Numbered from the stretch's first letter, positions 1 through 8,233 are shown. The stretch: DNA of 32,000 nt from Candidatus Babelota bacterium (GCA_039809905.1 JBDHVY010000001.1:210001-242000), one strand, 5' to 3'. The notes: generated from the sequence alone by a model not told the origin. A program made the numbers and translations.

Positions 1-245
1 AGTTCGGCAACAACAGCAATGCTCTGCCCATCAATAATTAATTCATTATTGGTAATGCGTACATCACCTGAAAAAGTTCCCATTAATGTATCATACTTAA
101 ACATATGCGCCGTAGTTTCAGGTTGCGAATTACCAATGTTAATAGCAACAATACGCATATCTTTGCTCATGTTTTTATCTTGTAACATACAACGCAAAAA
201 AGTACGTCCAATTCGTCCAAATCCATTAATAGCAATACGCATCAT
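1..245 (-). CDS. gap: Glyceraldehyde-3-phosphate dehydrogenase, N-terminal ~81 codons (3' part lies beyond the left edge)
   Basis: Hand translation of the minus strand from ATG at 245 gives MMRIAINGFGRIGRTFLRCML...MRIVAINIG...TAHMFKYDTLMGTFSGDV...IDGQSIAVVAE. INGFGRIGR is the diagnostic NAD-binding N-terminus of GAPDH. A GGGAG Shine-Dalgarno lies 6 nt upstream. Not in the ORF track; the 19..288 plus-strand ORF is its shadow. Confidence 0.85.
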   Translation of the reverse strand, partial: MMRIAINGFGRIGRTFLRCMLQDKNMSKDMRIVAINIGNSQPETTAHMFKYDTLMGTFSGDVRITNNELIIDGQSIAVVAE

Positions 246-259
246 TCATCACTCCCGTT

Positions 260-1099
260 TTACCACTCTCTTACTTTATTCAAAATAGCCAACTCATCTT
301 CCACCGATAACTCAGGTAGCTCTAACAATACTGGTATATTATGTAATTGCGGATGCGTTATAAAATGCTTCAGTGCCATTTCACCAATTCTACCTTTACC
401 AATAATACTGTGCCGATCAATATGAGATCCTAATGTTTCAGCAGTATCATTTAAATGTATAAGCATAATACGTTCAATACCAATGGTTCCATCCAATAAG
501 GCAATAAATTTTTCCTGTTCATCAATATCTGCAACATTGTAACCAAATGAATATGCATGAGCTGTATCAATACAAAAATTAATGCGTTCGGGCTTATCTA
601 TTTTTTCAAGTAATACCTTAAAATCATGTATATCACTTCCGATTGCTAAATTACCATGACACCCATTTTCTAAAATAACGCTAATATCTCGTTCAAGATT
701 AAACAGCATATTAAGAGATGTTGCTAATGCATCAATTCCCTGCATTTTATTTTGTGCACCTTTTGCTGTTCCTGCATGCAATACAAAATGGTTAAATTCA
801 AGTCGCTTAGCAAATGTAATTTCACGTCGTAATTGCGCAAACCCATTACTACTTAAACTTGATAAATTAACCCAATACGAAACATGACACAAAAGATCTT
901 TAAATCGTGTCCGACGAATACGTAAAAAATGATCTATGTCTTGATTGCTAACACTGATCAATTTACCTAATTCTTGAGAAACAAAAAAACATTGAAAAAA
1001 AGGCAGACTTAAAGCATCTGCCCTATCCAATAGTTCTTTGAGTGAAGAGCGCATACGAATATGCGTACCGATTCTGTTAGACCTCATAATATCTTTCAT
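260..1099 (-). CDS. nfo: Endonuclease IV (AP endonuclease family 2, TIM-barrel)
   Basis: RIGTHI near the N-terminus, NHFVLHAG, ILENGCHG, CIDTAHAYSFGY and HLNDTAETLGSHIDRHSIIGKGRIG line up with the E. coli Nfo metal-ligand motifs (HPG, ENTAG, CIDTCH, HLNDAK..G...DRH..G.G.IG). Start is ambiguous: GTG 1108, ATG 1099 or ATG 1087. Confidence 0.85.
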   Translation of the reverse strand: MKDIMRSNRIGTHIRMRSSLKELLDRADALSLPFFQCFFVSQELGKLISVSNQDIDHFLRIRRTRFKDLLCHVSYWVNLSSLSSNGFAQLRREITFAKRLEFNHFVLHAGTAKGAQNKMQGIDALATSLNMLFNLERDISVILENGCHGNLAIGSDIHDFKVLLEKIDKPERINFCIDTAHAYSFGYNVADIDEQEKFIALLDGTIGIERIMLIHLNDTAETLGSHIDRHSIIGKGRIGEMALKHFITHPQLHNIPVLLELPELSVEDELAILNKVREW

Positions 1100-1113
1100 G
1101 CGTAGCACATTTA

Positions 1114-2514
1114 CTACTGCAATTGATCACGTAAATATTCGTCATCAAAATATCGTGATAATACTCCAATAAAATCTTCTTTAATGCGATGTAAATCAGA
1201 TTCAGTATTTGCTTCAAGACGAATAGAAAGCACTGGTTGTGTATTTGATGCTCGAATAATCCCCCAACCATAGTCAGTTGTTACTCGTACTCCATCAATT
1301 GCTAAAATCTTCACATTTTTTTTCTGATAAAATAAATTTTTCATCTCTTGCACCATAGCATATTTATTTTCTTCATCACATGGCAAGCGATATTCTGGTG
1401 AAGTAACCTTTTTAGGAAATACTGTTAATAGTTCTCGTAAACTCTTTTTTGATTGTATCAATAATTCAAACAATCTAAACATCGCATAAATACCATCATC
1501 ATATCCAAAATGCCGATCTTTAAAAAAGAAATGACAACTTGTCTCTCCCGCAAGTAATGCATTATGCGTATGCATATTTTCTTCTATAATTGAATGTCCA
1601 ACAGGAGTCACAATTGTTCTTGCACCCCATTGTTCTAACACTTCAGTCAATCCTTCAGAACACACAACATTATACACAACGCACATACCAGGATGTTTTT
1701 TGATCATTGGTTCAGCAAAAAGAGCGATTAATTTATCACCCGAAACTAACTGCCCTTCTTTTGTCATTGCACCCATACGATCAGCATCTCCATCAAAACC
1801 AATCCCAACAACCGCTTCACTGCTGCACAGCGCTTCCTTCACATCTTGCATATTTTTAGCCACGGTAGGATCTGCAATATGTTTAGCTGATGCAAAATCA
1901 GGATCACAACATAATAAGTGCATATTATTCCACCCCATTGCTGCAACAATCTCAGGAATTACGACTGAAGCTGAACCATTACCACAATCAATTATCGCCG
2001 ATAAATCGGCATTTTTAAGATGAGGAAATGTATGTACATGCCATGAGATATAATCATCTTTTATAAGATGTTCAGAATAGGTGCCGAGATTTTGTGCAAT
2101 ATACTGTTCTTTTTTACGATATAATGCACCAATTTCTCGTATTTGATTTCCCCACAAAGATTTCGTACCAATACATATTTTTAGCCCATTATATTCAGCA
2201 GGATTGTGCGATGCAGTAATCATAATACCTGCATCCACTGACATAGTATAGGTTGCAAAATACATCATTGGCGATGTGCATACACCAATAAAAACAATAT
2301 CCATACCACTATCAATCAACGCACGGCACAGCTCTTTTTTTATTGCCGGAGAATGTTGACGCACATCCATGCCAACAGCTATTTTTTTTATACTGTTATT
2401 GCATTGCAATAAATAACACGCAATTGCACGACCAAGATCATATACTTCTTCAATCATTAATTCAGTACCAACAACGCCACGAATATCATATTCACGAAAA
2501 ATCGTATCTTTCAT
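1114..2514 (-). CDS. Phosphomannomutase/phosphoglucomutase (alpha-D-phosphohexomutase family)
   Basis: N-terminal FREYDIRG and the catalytic phosphoserine loop TASHNPAEYNGLK, plus FDGDADR (Mg loop) and GETSCH (sugar loop). I place the start at ATG 2514 (MKDTIFREYDIRG). The 25-codon extension in the ORF track (to 2589) has no family support. Confidence 0.85.
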   Translation of the reverse strand: MKDTIFREYDIRGVVGTELMIEEVYDLGRAIACYLLQCNNSIKKIAVGMDVRQHSPAIKKELCRALIDSGMDIVFIGVCTSPMMYFATYTMSVDAGIMITASHNPAEYNGLKICIGTKSLWGNQIREIGALYRKKEQYIAQNLGTYSEHLIKDDYISWHVHTFPHLKNADLSAIIDCGNGSASVVIPEIVAAMGWNNMHLLCCDPDFASAKHIADPTVAKNMQDVKEALCSSEAVVGIGFDGDADRMGAMTKEGQLVSGDKLIALFAEPMIKKHPGMCVVYNVVCSEGLTEVLEQWGARTIVTPVGHSIIEENMHTHNALLAGETSCHFFFKDRHFGYDDGIYAMFRLFELLIQSKKSLRELLTVFPKKVTSPEYRLPCDEENKYAMVQEMKNLFYQKKNVKILAIDGVRVTTDYGWGIIRASNTQPVLSIRLEANTESDLHRIKEDFIGVLSRYFDDEYLRDQLQ

Positions 2515-2600
2515 CTTTCCAAATCCTTTGAGTTCACAACATGAAGACTTCTTAAATAGGGGACTCCCATGTGAAGAACAACGAAACATGGGCTATATTT

Positions 2601-2629
2601 ACTATACTGCCTGCTTACATTTCTGACAA
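2601..2629 (-). promoter_or_regulatory. Sigma70-like promoter candidate for the phosphohexomutase gene
   Basis: Minus strand reads TTGTCA (2629-2624), a 17-nt spacer, then TATAGT (2606-2601), about 85 nt upstream of ATG 2514. Confidence 0.4.
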
Positions 2630-2653
2630 ATGGATGGAATATTGATCTGATAT

Positions 2654-3631
2654 TTACCAATTAAAGATAGTAGCTATCACATCTTTTAATGTTTGGTATA
2701 ATGACCTTATCCACATTTCTATCGGCCACCACCATGGATCTTCTTGTGATTCTAATTTGGTTTTTTTTGGTAATTCCTTCGTAAGACCAACTTCAGCTAC
2801 CGATTCAAATGATTGATTTGGTAGATCTACTGATGAATGAGATATGAAAACAGAAGGCTCATCTGACCGTTCTGCAGGTTCTGGAATTGGAGCACCTGCT
2901 AATGGTTCACCCTCAAAGGCTTGATTTTCTTCCAGAAACAGTGCTTCTTGTTCTCGTAATGTTTTGTTCTCAAGAAGATCAAAGTCTTGTTTCAACAACT
3001 TACAAATTTTTTCTATACCTTCATAATATCGAGAAAATTCTTTCTCATCATTTGATGAAGATTCATATTTTTCAATATACTGACCAGCCTTACTGATGAA
3101 TAGTATCCATTCTTTTTTTGCTGGTATATCTATCTTTAAACTTTCTACATACATTCCCAATAAATGAACAAGCGCTCCTAAAAAGTATCGATAATATGGA
3201 TTTTTTATTAAATTCATATCAAAATAAACCAACAAAACCTGACATAATTTTTTTGGATGCATTTTTAAATATGCCCTATAAATAATGACAAAAAAATTTT
3301 TCGCTGCATCAATATTGTTTAAAAGAATTGCAGTTGGTTCTGGATAATTTATAAAATAATTAATATTGTTTAGTGCGTCATCTGTAAGCTCCATATAAAT
3401 ATTGGGCAACCATTTTTTAAGCCATTCCAAGATAGCTAATCTAACATCTCTCGTTTGATCTGTTGCAAAATATTGAAGTGCGTATTCATGAAAAAGCATA
3501 AAAAATCTAGCGTCTTGAACCAAAGGCTGTTTTCTTAATTTTTGCATAAATTCAATTGCATCCTTCTTTTCCATTCCCCATAAAGATGAAGGTGCTAACA
3601 AAAAACTTAAAAAAATGAATTGTTTCTTCAT
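2654..3631 (-). CDS. Hypothetical secreted protein, all-helical appearance, acidic Pro-rich linker and Trp-rich C-terminal tail
   Basis: 325-aa ORF with a strong SD (AGAGGAGAG, 5 nt before the ATG). N-terminus MKKQFIFLSFLLAPSSLWG looks like a Sec signal peptide. C-terminus is DPWWWPIEMWIRSLYQTLKDVIATIFNW. I recognise no catalytic motif. Confidence 0.65.
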   Translation of the reverse strand: MKKQFIFLSFLLAPSSLWGMEKKDAIEFMQKLRKQPLVQDARFFMLFHEYALQYFATDQTRDVRLAILEWLKKWLPNIYMELTDDALNNINYFINYPEPTAILLNNIDAAKNFFVIIYRAYLKMHPKKLCQVLLVYFDMNLIKNPYYRYFLGALVHLLGMYVESLKIDIPAKKEWILFISKAGQYIEKYESSSNDEKEFSRYYEGIEKICKLLKQDFDLLENKTLREQEALFLEENQAFEGEPLAGAPIPEPAERSDEPSVFISHSSVDLPNQSFESVAEVGLTKELPKKTKLESQEDPWWWPIEMWIRSLYQTLKDVIATIFNW

Positions 3632-3658
3632 AATATCTCTCCTCTACAACCGTCCCTC

Positions 3659-3679
3659 TTGAATATTCAATTTGAATAT
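3659..3679. promoter_or_regulatory. Perfect 12-bp palindrome TTGAATATTCAA plus an adjacent repeated half-site (TTGAATAT); candidate operator in a divergent promoter region
   Basis: TTGAATATTCAA at 3659-3670 is self-complementary. TTGAATAT recurs at 3672-3679. The site lies in the 170-bp divergent spacer between the 325-aa gene (minus) and sbcC (plus). Confidence 0.3.
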
Positions 3680-3801
3680 GCAGAATTCCGCCAAGAAAAT
3701 GCAATGATGTCAAAAAACATATTCATGTGACAACTTTTATTTAACGAGTAAGCAAATAATGGTAGACTAGTGCCACACATGCAAAATGTAAGGTAAAAAA
3801 G

Positions 3802-6513
3802 ATGATTCCACAGAAACTACAAATTAAAAACTTTCTGAGTTACGGCCCCATTTTACAAACAATTGATTTTACTCATCATTCTCTGATTTGCCTTTCGGGA
3901 AAAAATGGACATGGTAAATCGGCTTTGTTAGATGCCATGACATGGGCCCTATGGGGACAAGCACGCAAAATATCTGGTGCTGCAAAGGCCGATCAAGGAT
4001 TATTGCGCTTAGGCCAAACGCAAATGATGGTAGTATTTGATTTTCTTTTTGGTGGAAAAACATACCGAATCAGACGCGAATACATGGAAACATACGGCAA
4101 ACCAGTCAATATTCTTGAATTTGGTATGGTTGATGGAGAAACAGATAGTTTTATTCCGTTAACTGATAAAACAATTCGAGCAACACAAGAAAAAATTGAA
4201 CAAACCTTACGTCTTGATTTTGATTCATTTTCTAATTCTGCATTTTTACGACAAGGAAGCTCAAATGAGTTTTCAAAAAAATCTCCTAAAGATCGCAAAC
4301 ACATTTTAGCAACAATCTTAGGTCTTGATCAATATGAGATAATCCGTAAACTCGCGCTTGAAAAAATAAAAGATGCTCAAACAAAAAAAACAGTACTTGC
4401 AACACTTCAGGAAAAAAGAACTCAGGAACTTACCACGAAAGAAGCTCTCGATGCTGAACTGGCAAACCTTTTGACGCACATGCACTCGATAGAAACAACG
4501 GAAAAAGAAATTGCTACAGCGCAACACAATCACGCAACAGAGCAGGCTGCATTTGATGAACGTCAAAATGCATACCATAACCTTTCATTTCAGTTACAAC
4601 AATTAATTACAACCAGCGCTGCACATAAAAAAGAGATACGTGAACAGCTAAGACATTGGCGGGCAATAAATAAGAAAAAACAATCTCTGCACAGCATTCA
4701 TCAACTTGAGCAAGAAAAAAATAAAACTATTGCAGCAATTGCGCAGCATCAAAAATTATTTCAAGAAAATCTGGAACATCGGCAAACTTTATTGCAATTG
4801 ATACAACAAATCAGCACCATTGAACAACATTATAAAGATGAAGACATTAAAAAAAAGCATACTTTGCAGATTGAGTTAGAACGATTGTTTGCTGAACAAG
4901 CAAAACAACAATTACAATTCACCAACAATAAAGAACTTATTGCTCTCCATACCAAAGAAAATAATACTATTTCAACTCAAATGGTGAATCATCAACAAGA
5001 ATTGTCAAAAATAACACAGAATGCTGATGCCATTTCAAAGGAAGAAGAACATTTGGAGCGGCGCAAAGCTGCATATCAACAGTTTGTGTCTCTGGGCAAT
5101 TGGATCAATAGTGAATTAAATAGCTTAGCCAACAAGAAAAAATTAGTGCATGAAGATGATCCAAGCTGCCCACTGTGCGAACAAAATTTATCAGCTTCAC
5201 GCAAGAGATTTCTTAAACTTAATTTTGAAAAACAAGAATCATTTTTAGCACATCGCTTACGTCGACTTAAACGCATTATTCCCGCTCTTAAAGAGACTTT
5301 AATTGCCCAGCATACACAAATCACTAAAGACAAAGAAATCTTGCAACATACCACTATGCTGCATGCAAAAATAATAGATTTAACTGAACAACAAATAAAA
5401 ATCACTCAGCAAATTACTCATACAACAACTTCCCATGCACAGTTGGAAAAAGAAATTCTCGCACAGGAAAGTATAATTACTGCAAAACAACAAGAATTGC
5501 AAAATCATCACCTACACGCTATACACATAAATGATCCTCAATACAAAACAGTCACTGCACAAAAACAATCATTAGAAAAGCAACTCAGTGAGCACGTATA
5601 TAACGAAGTTGATTACAAAAAAGATCAAGAAAAATTAAAACTGCTTGAATCACAACTTATAGAATATGAATCACTGCAAAAAGAAGTTACACAACAAGAA
5701 TCTCGTAAAAATGAGATTCTTAAATATTGCGCCCTACTCAAAAAAATAAACCAAGATATAGTAATCATCACAAAAAAACAACATGATTTGGGTGATCTTG
5801 AAACACAATTGAGCATCTTACAAAAAAAAGAAAAAGAGATTGAACACCATTATATCCAACTTAAACAGGCAAAAGAAGAACTTTTACACAAAAAAGGTAG
5901 TGTTGAAAATCAGCAAAAGTATCTGACCAAAATTAAAAATGAATTTGAACAAGAACAAGGTACTATTGCTCAATTACAAGAAATTATAGAAGATTATCAA
6001 ACAATTGCCCATGCAACAGGAAAAGATGGTATTCAAGCTCTATTGATAGAAGAAGCGATTCCAGAAATTGAACAAGAAGCCAATTATTTATTATCACGGC
6101 TTACCAATAATCAAGCACAAATTTTTATCGAATCATTACGAGATTTAAAAAAAGGTGGCACCAAAGAAACGCTTGATATTAAAATTTCTGATCAAGCAGG
6201 CATAAGATCATACGAGCTTTTTTCGGGAGGAGAAGCATTTCGTATCGATTTTGCGCTTCGCATAGCAATTTCAAAATTACTTGCACGCCGCGCAGGAACA
6301 GCGCTACAAATTCTCATCATTGATGAAGGTTTTGGATCTCAAGATGAAGAAGGTCTCGGGTATATTATGGATGCACTTTATAAAATACAGGACGATTTTT
6401 CCAAAATTATCATCGTATCTCATTTACCAAGCATGAAAGATCAATTTCCTGTACAGTTTTTCATTGAAAAAGGCGTACAAGGTAGTACCGTAAGCATTAT
6501 TGAGCAGGGATAA
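3802..6513 (+). CDS. sbcC: SbcC/Rad50-family ATPase with long coiled coil and central CxxC zinc hook
   Basis: Walker A SGKNGHGKSALLDA (about 3898-3921), Q-loop FLRQG, central CPLC hook (5167-5178, residues 456-459 of 903). C-terminal signature FSGGEAFR, Walker B/D-loop LIIDEGFGSQD, H-loop IIVSHLP. AAGG SD lies 8 nt upstream. Confidence 0.85.
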   Translation: MIPQKLQIKNFLSYGPILQTIDFTHHSLICLSGKNGHGKSALLDAMTWALWGQARKISGAAKADQGLLRLGQTQMMVVFDFLFGGKTYRIRREYMETYGKPVNILEFGMVDGETDSFIPLTDKTIRATQEKIEQTLRLDFDSFSNSAFLRQGSSNEFSKKSPKDRKHILATILGLDQYEIIRKLALEKIKDAQTKKTVLATLQEKRTQELTTKEALDAELANLLTHMHSIETTEKEIATAQHNHATEQAAFDERQNAYHNLSFQLQQLITTSAAHKKEIREQLRHWRAINKKKQSLHSIHQLEQEKNKTIAAIAQHQKLFQENLEHRQTLLQLIQQISTIEQHYKDEDIKKKHTLQIELERLFAEQAKQQLQFTNNKELIALHTKENNTISTQMVNHQQELSKITQNADAISKEEEHLERRKAAYQQFVSLGNWINSELNSLANKKKLVHEDDPSCPLCEQNLSASRKRFLKLNFEKQESFLAHRLRRLKRIIPALKETLIAQHTQITKDKEILQHTTMLHAKIIDLTEQQIKITQQITHTTTSHAQLEKEILAQESIITAKQQELQNHHLHAIHINDPQYKTVTAQKQSLEKQLSEHVYNEVDYKKDQEKLKLLESQLIEYESLQKEVTQQESRKNEILKYCALLKKINQDIVIITKKQHDLGDLETQLSILQKKEKEIEHHYIQLKQAKEELLHKKGSVENQQKYLTKIKNEFEQEQGTIAQLQEIIEDYQTIAHATGKDGIQALLIEEAIPEIEQEANYLLSRLTNNQAQIFIESLRDLKKGGTKETLDIKISDQAGIRSYELFSGGEAFRIDFALRIAISKLLARRAGTALQILIIDEGFGSQDEEGLGYIMDALYKIQDDFSKIIIVSHLPSMKDQFPVQFFIEKGVQGSTVSIIEQG

Positions 6514-6528
6514 TCTCTTTACCGGGGT

Positions 6529-6557
6529 CCCCATATATCATGCAATGGCATATGGGG
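6529..6557. terminator. Imperfect hairpin between convergent sbcC and the 90-aa ORF
   Basis: CCCCATAT (6529-6536) pairs with ATATGGGG (6550-6557). The stem extends to ~13 bp with a 2-nt internal mismatch. There is no clear U-tract on either strand, so terminator function is uncertain. Confidence 0.3.
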
Positions 6558-6562
6558 TAAAA

Positions 6563-6835
6563 TTAATTACGAGCAGCTCTTTCGGCTGCTCCTGTTGAGC
6601 TTGCATCATTTATGTAACCAAGACGCTCTACTTCTTCTTGACGTTCTGTAAAATATGCATCATCAACATTCTGAATCCGCTCTACTTCTTCTTGACGTGA
6701 AGTTGAATATGCTTCATTACCAGTGCCCATTCGAGCAAATTCTTCTTGTCGTACTGTTGATTCAATACTAGCAACAAGATCAAGTAACATTACCGTACAA
6801 AATACAATCACTATAATAATTAATCTATTTTTCAC
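6563..6835 (-). CDS. Small N-terminally membrane-anchored protein with three tandem 18-aa RQEE(V/F)(E/A)R repeats
   Basis: GTG start with AAGGA 7 nt upstream. Hydrophobic N-terminus LIIIVIVFCTVMLLDLVASI. It is followed by TVRQEEFARMGTGNEAYS / TSRQEEVERIQNVDDAYF / TERQEEVERLGYINDASS. In-frame repeat periodicity supports coding, but the gene is short and I recognise no homology. Confidence 0.5.
   Translation of the reverse strand: MKNRLIIIVIVFCTVMLLDLVASIESTVRQEEFARMGTGNEAYSTSRQEEVERIQNVDDAYFTERQEEVERLGYINDASSTGAAERAARN
6596..6757 (-). repeat. 3 x 54-bp tandem direct repeat (in-frame, inside the 90-aa ORF)
   Basis: The 21-mer CGCTCTACTTCTTCTTGACGT occurs at 6624-6644 and 6678-6698 (period 54). 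A degenerate third copy (TTCTTCTTGTCGT) sits at 6740-6752, same period. Confidence 0.8.
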
Positions 6836-6870
6836 TGAAAATCCTTTTTTATATAAAATACATCATACAT

Positions 6871-6906
6871 AAAAGCAGGTCATAATTTTTCATATCACCT
6901 GCTTTT
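6871..6906 (-). terminator. Rho-independent terminator downstream of the 406-aa gene
   Basis: Stem AGCAGGT (6874-6880) / ACCTGCT (6897-6903) with a 16-nt loop. On the minus strand the stem is followed by TTTT. It starts 20 nt after the stop at 6923. Confidence 0.55.
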
Positions 6907-6922
6907 CTTATAACTACTTATA

Positions 6923-8143
6923 TTATGCTTTACCACTCGGAATATAATCCCATATAGACCATCCTGACTCTTGAGCTTCTTGTTCTTGTTTCTTAGCTTC
7001 TTCTTGCACAGCTTGTTTCATTTTTTCTCTTTCCTCTTTCATAAATATTACAGCTGTAGTACGAAGATATTCTGAAACCAGCGCACGATTTTCATTTATA
7101 TTAGATTTTTCTAACACAGCACTTTCAAGACGTTTTAAATAATCTTCTAAATTCTGCGGATCACGCCCATACTCAGCCCTAATAGCCAAAATTGCTTGAT
7201 CAAGCAATTGTTCTTCTTTTTTCTGCTTATCATCACCTTGCATGTTTATTATTTCTTTTAATTTTTTAAGAGCAGCGGTAAAAATTGCGTCCGAAACATC
7301 TTTGTCAACATTGATAAAATCACCTTCATCTATAGCAAGGAGTTTAGACTTAATAGTTGGATATCTACCCGTATCAGAAAGCTGAGTTGCCAATAGCAAT
7401 TCTGCAATAGCATCTGCTTTACTTTCTGCATCCCAATAACCCGTTTTCCATCGCGTTGACAATTTATTTAATCCAAATACTAATCCTACAACAGATAATG
7501 CTGCCATTGCTGATTCAGCTTTTCCATGCTCTCTCGTAAGAGCTAACGCTGCTGCAGCAATAGCTCCGCCAGCAGCCAACAAGTTTCTTTTTGTAAAATA
7601 CGATTCAAAGCCAGCAGAACTTGCTCTTTGCTTAGCCAACGCTTCTGCCAAAGCAGCATTAAAATCTTCCTTGTTCAAAGTAGATTGTTTCAACATTTTT
7701 CTTAGCTTTGTTATTTCTTTACTCATGTCAGCTATTTGCTGGTCTTTTGATGATACTTTTTCAGTTTTTTTTAATTTAGCAATACGAGCTTCAATCGCTT
7801 CAATGTTTTGTGTCTTTTGAGCCTTATCTTCTTGAGATAATTCATCTCTATTTTGATCTAAAAAAGTTTGTAATGTTGCAGCTGTTATATTATTTTTTAA
7901 ACCAAACTGCCCAAGAGCTGAAAGTTTTGGCTGTAGCTGTTTTCCTTGTACAGGTCCAGCTTGCTTCTGTTGCACTGCTTGTTTTTGTCCTGCCGCTGCT
8001 CCAGTTGAGGTGGCAGCTTGAGCAGCTCCTTTTTTTCCCCCTTTGGCATCAAGAGAATTCATGCCAACGAAAAGAAGCATAACACATATACCTTTAAGCA
8101 TCTTCTTAATATTTAAGACATTCAGGATTAAATTGTTTTTCAT
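6923..8143 (-). CDS. Hypothetical secreted/membrane coiled-coil protein with central double hydrophobic segment
   Basis: 406-aa ORF with a GGGA SD-like element 5 nt upstream. N-terminal hydrophobic stretch MLKGICVMLLFVGMNSLDA. Gln/Ala-rich low-complexity region, then heptad-like charged helices. Residues ~187-225 read NLLAAGGAIAAAALALT-REHGKAES-AMAALSVVGLVFGL (nt 7469-7585). Confidence 0.65.
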   Translation of the reverse strand: MKNNLILNVLNIKKMLKGICVMLLFVGMNSLDAKGGKKGAAQAATSTGAAAGQKQAVQQKQAGPVQGKQLQPKLSALGQFGLKNNITAATLQTFLDQNRDELSQEDKAQKTQNIEAIEARIAKLKKTEKVSSKDQQIADMSKEITKLRKMLKQSTLNKEDFNAALAEALAKQRASSAGFESYFTKRNLLAAGGAIAAAALALTREHGKAESAMAALSVVGLVFGLNKLSTRWKTGYWDAESKADAIAELLLATQLSDTGRYPTIKSKLLAIDEGDFINVDKDVSDAIFTAALKKLKEIINMQGDDKQKKEEQLLDQAILAIRAEYGRDPQNLEDYLKRLESAVLEKSNINENRALVSEYLRTTAVIFMKEEREKMKQAVQEEAKKQEQEAQESGWSIWDYIPSGKA

Positions 8144-8188
8144 TTTTTCCCTTTTTTAAACCACTCATAATTAAATTTATTCAATCTG

Positions 8189-8218
8189 AATATATCAAAA
8201 ACTATTAAGAAGGTTCAA
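8189..8218 (-). promoter_or_regulatory. Sigma70-like promoter candidate (extended -10) for the 406-aa gene
   Basis: Minus strand reads TTGAAC (8218-8213), an 18-nt spacer ending in TGA, then TATATT (8194-8189), about 45 nt upstream of ATG 8143. Confidence 0.4.
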
Positions 8219-8233
8219 GAGTTTGGAAAACAA

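Noticed and set aside
19-288. 89-aa plus-strand ORF at the left edge
   Set aside because: It is the antisense shadow of the gap (GAPDH) N-terminus, which has an unmistakable INGFGRIGR motif on the minus strand. No RBS and no family resemblance.
2515-2589. 25-codon N-terminal extension of the phosphohexomutase ORF (MFRCSSHGSPLFKKSSCCELKGFGK)
   Set aside because: The family starts at about MK..IFR.YDIRG, and the internal ATG 2514 has a GGA-rich SD. The extension would overlap the predicted promoter-to-leader region.
6563-8010. Shared STGAA peptide and a 15-nt near-identity (TCAACAGGAGCAGCC versus TCAACTGGAGCAGCG) between the 90-aa ORF C-terminus and the 406-aa ORF N-terminal low-complexity region
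   Set aside because: Too short and found post hoc. Ala/Gly-rich low complexity generates such matches easily, so it is not evidence of paralogy.
2654-8143. Reading the sbcC islet as a defense system (Lamassu, Wadjet, Gabija or Septu-like SMC/ATPase systems)
   Set aside because: No partner genes (nuclease effector, kleisin-like, helicase or methylase) are present. The neighbours sit on opposite strands with their own terminators and all carry export signals. No mobile-element or integration hallmarks flank the region.
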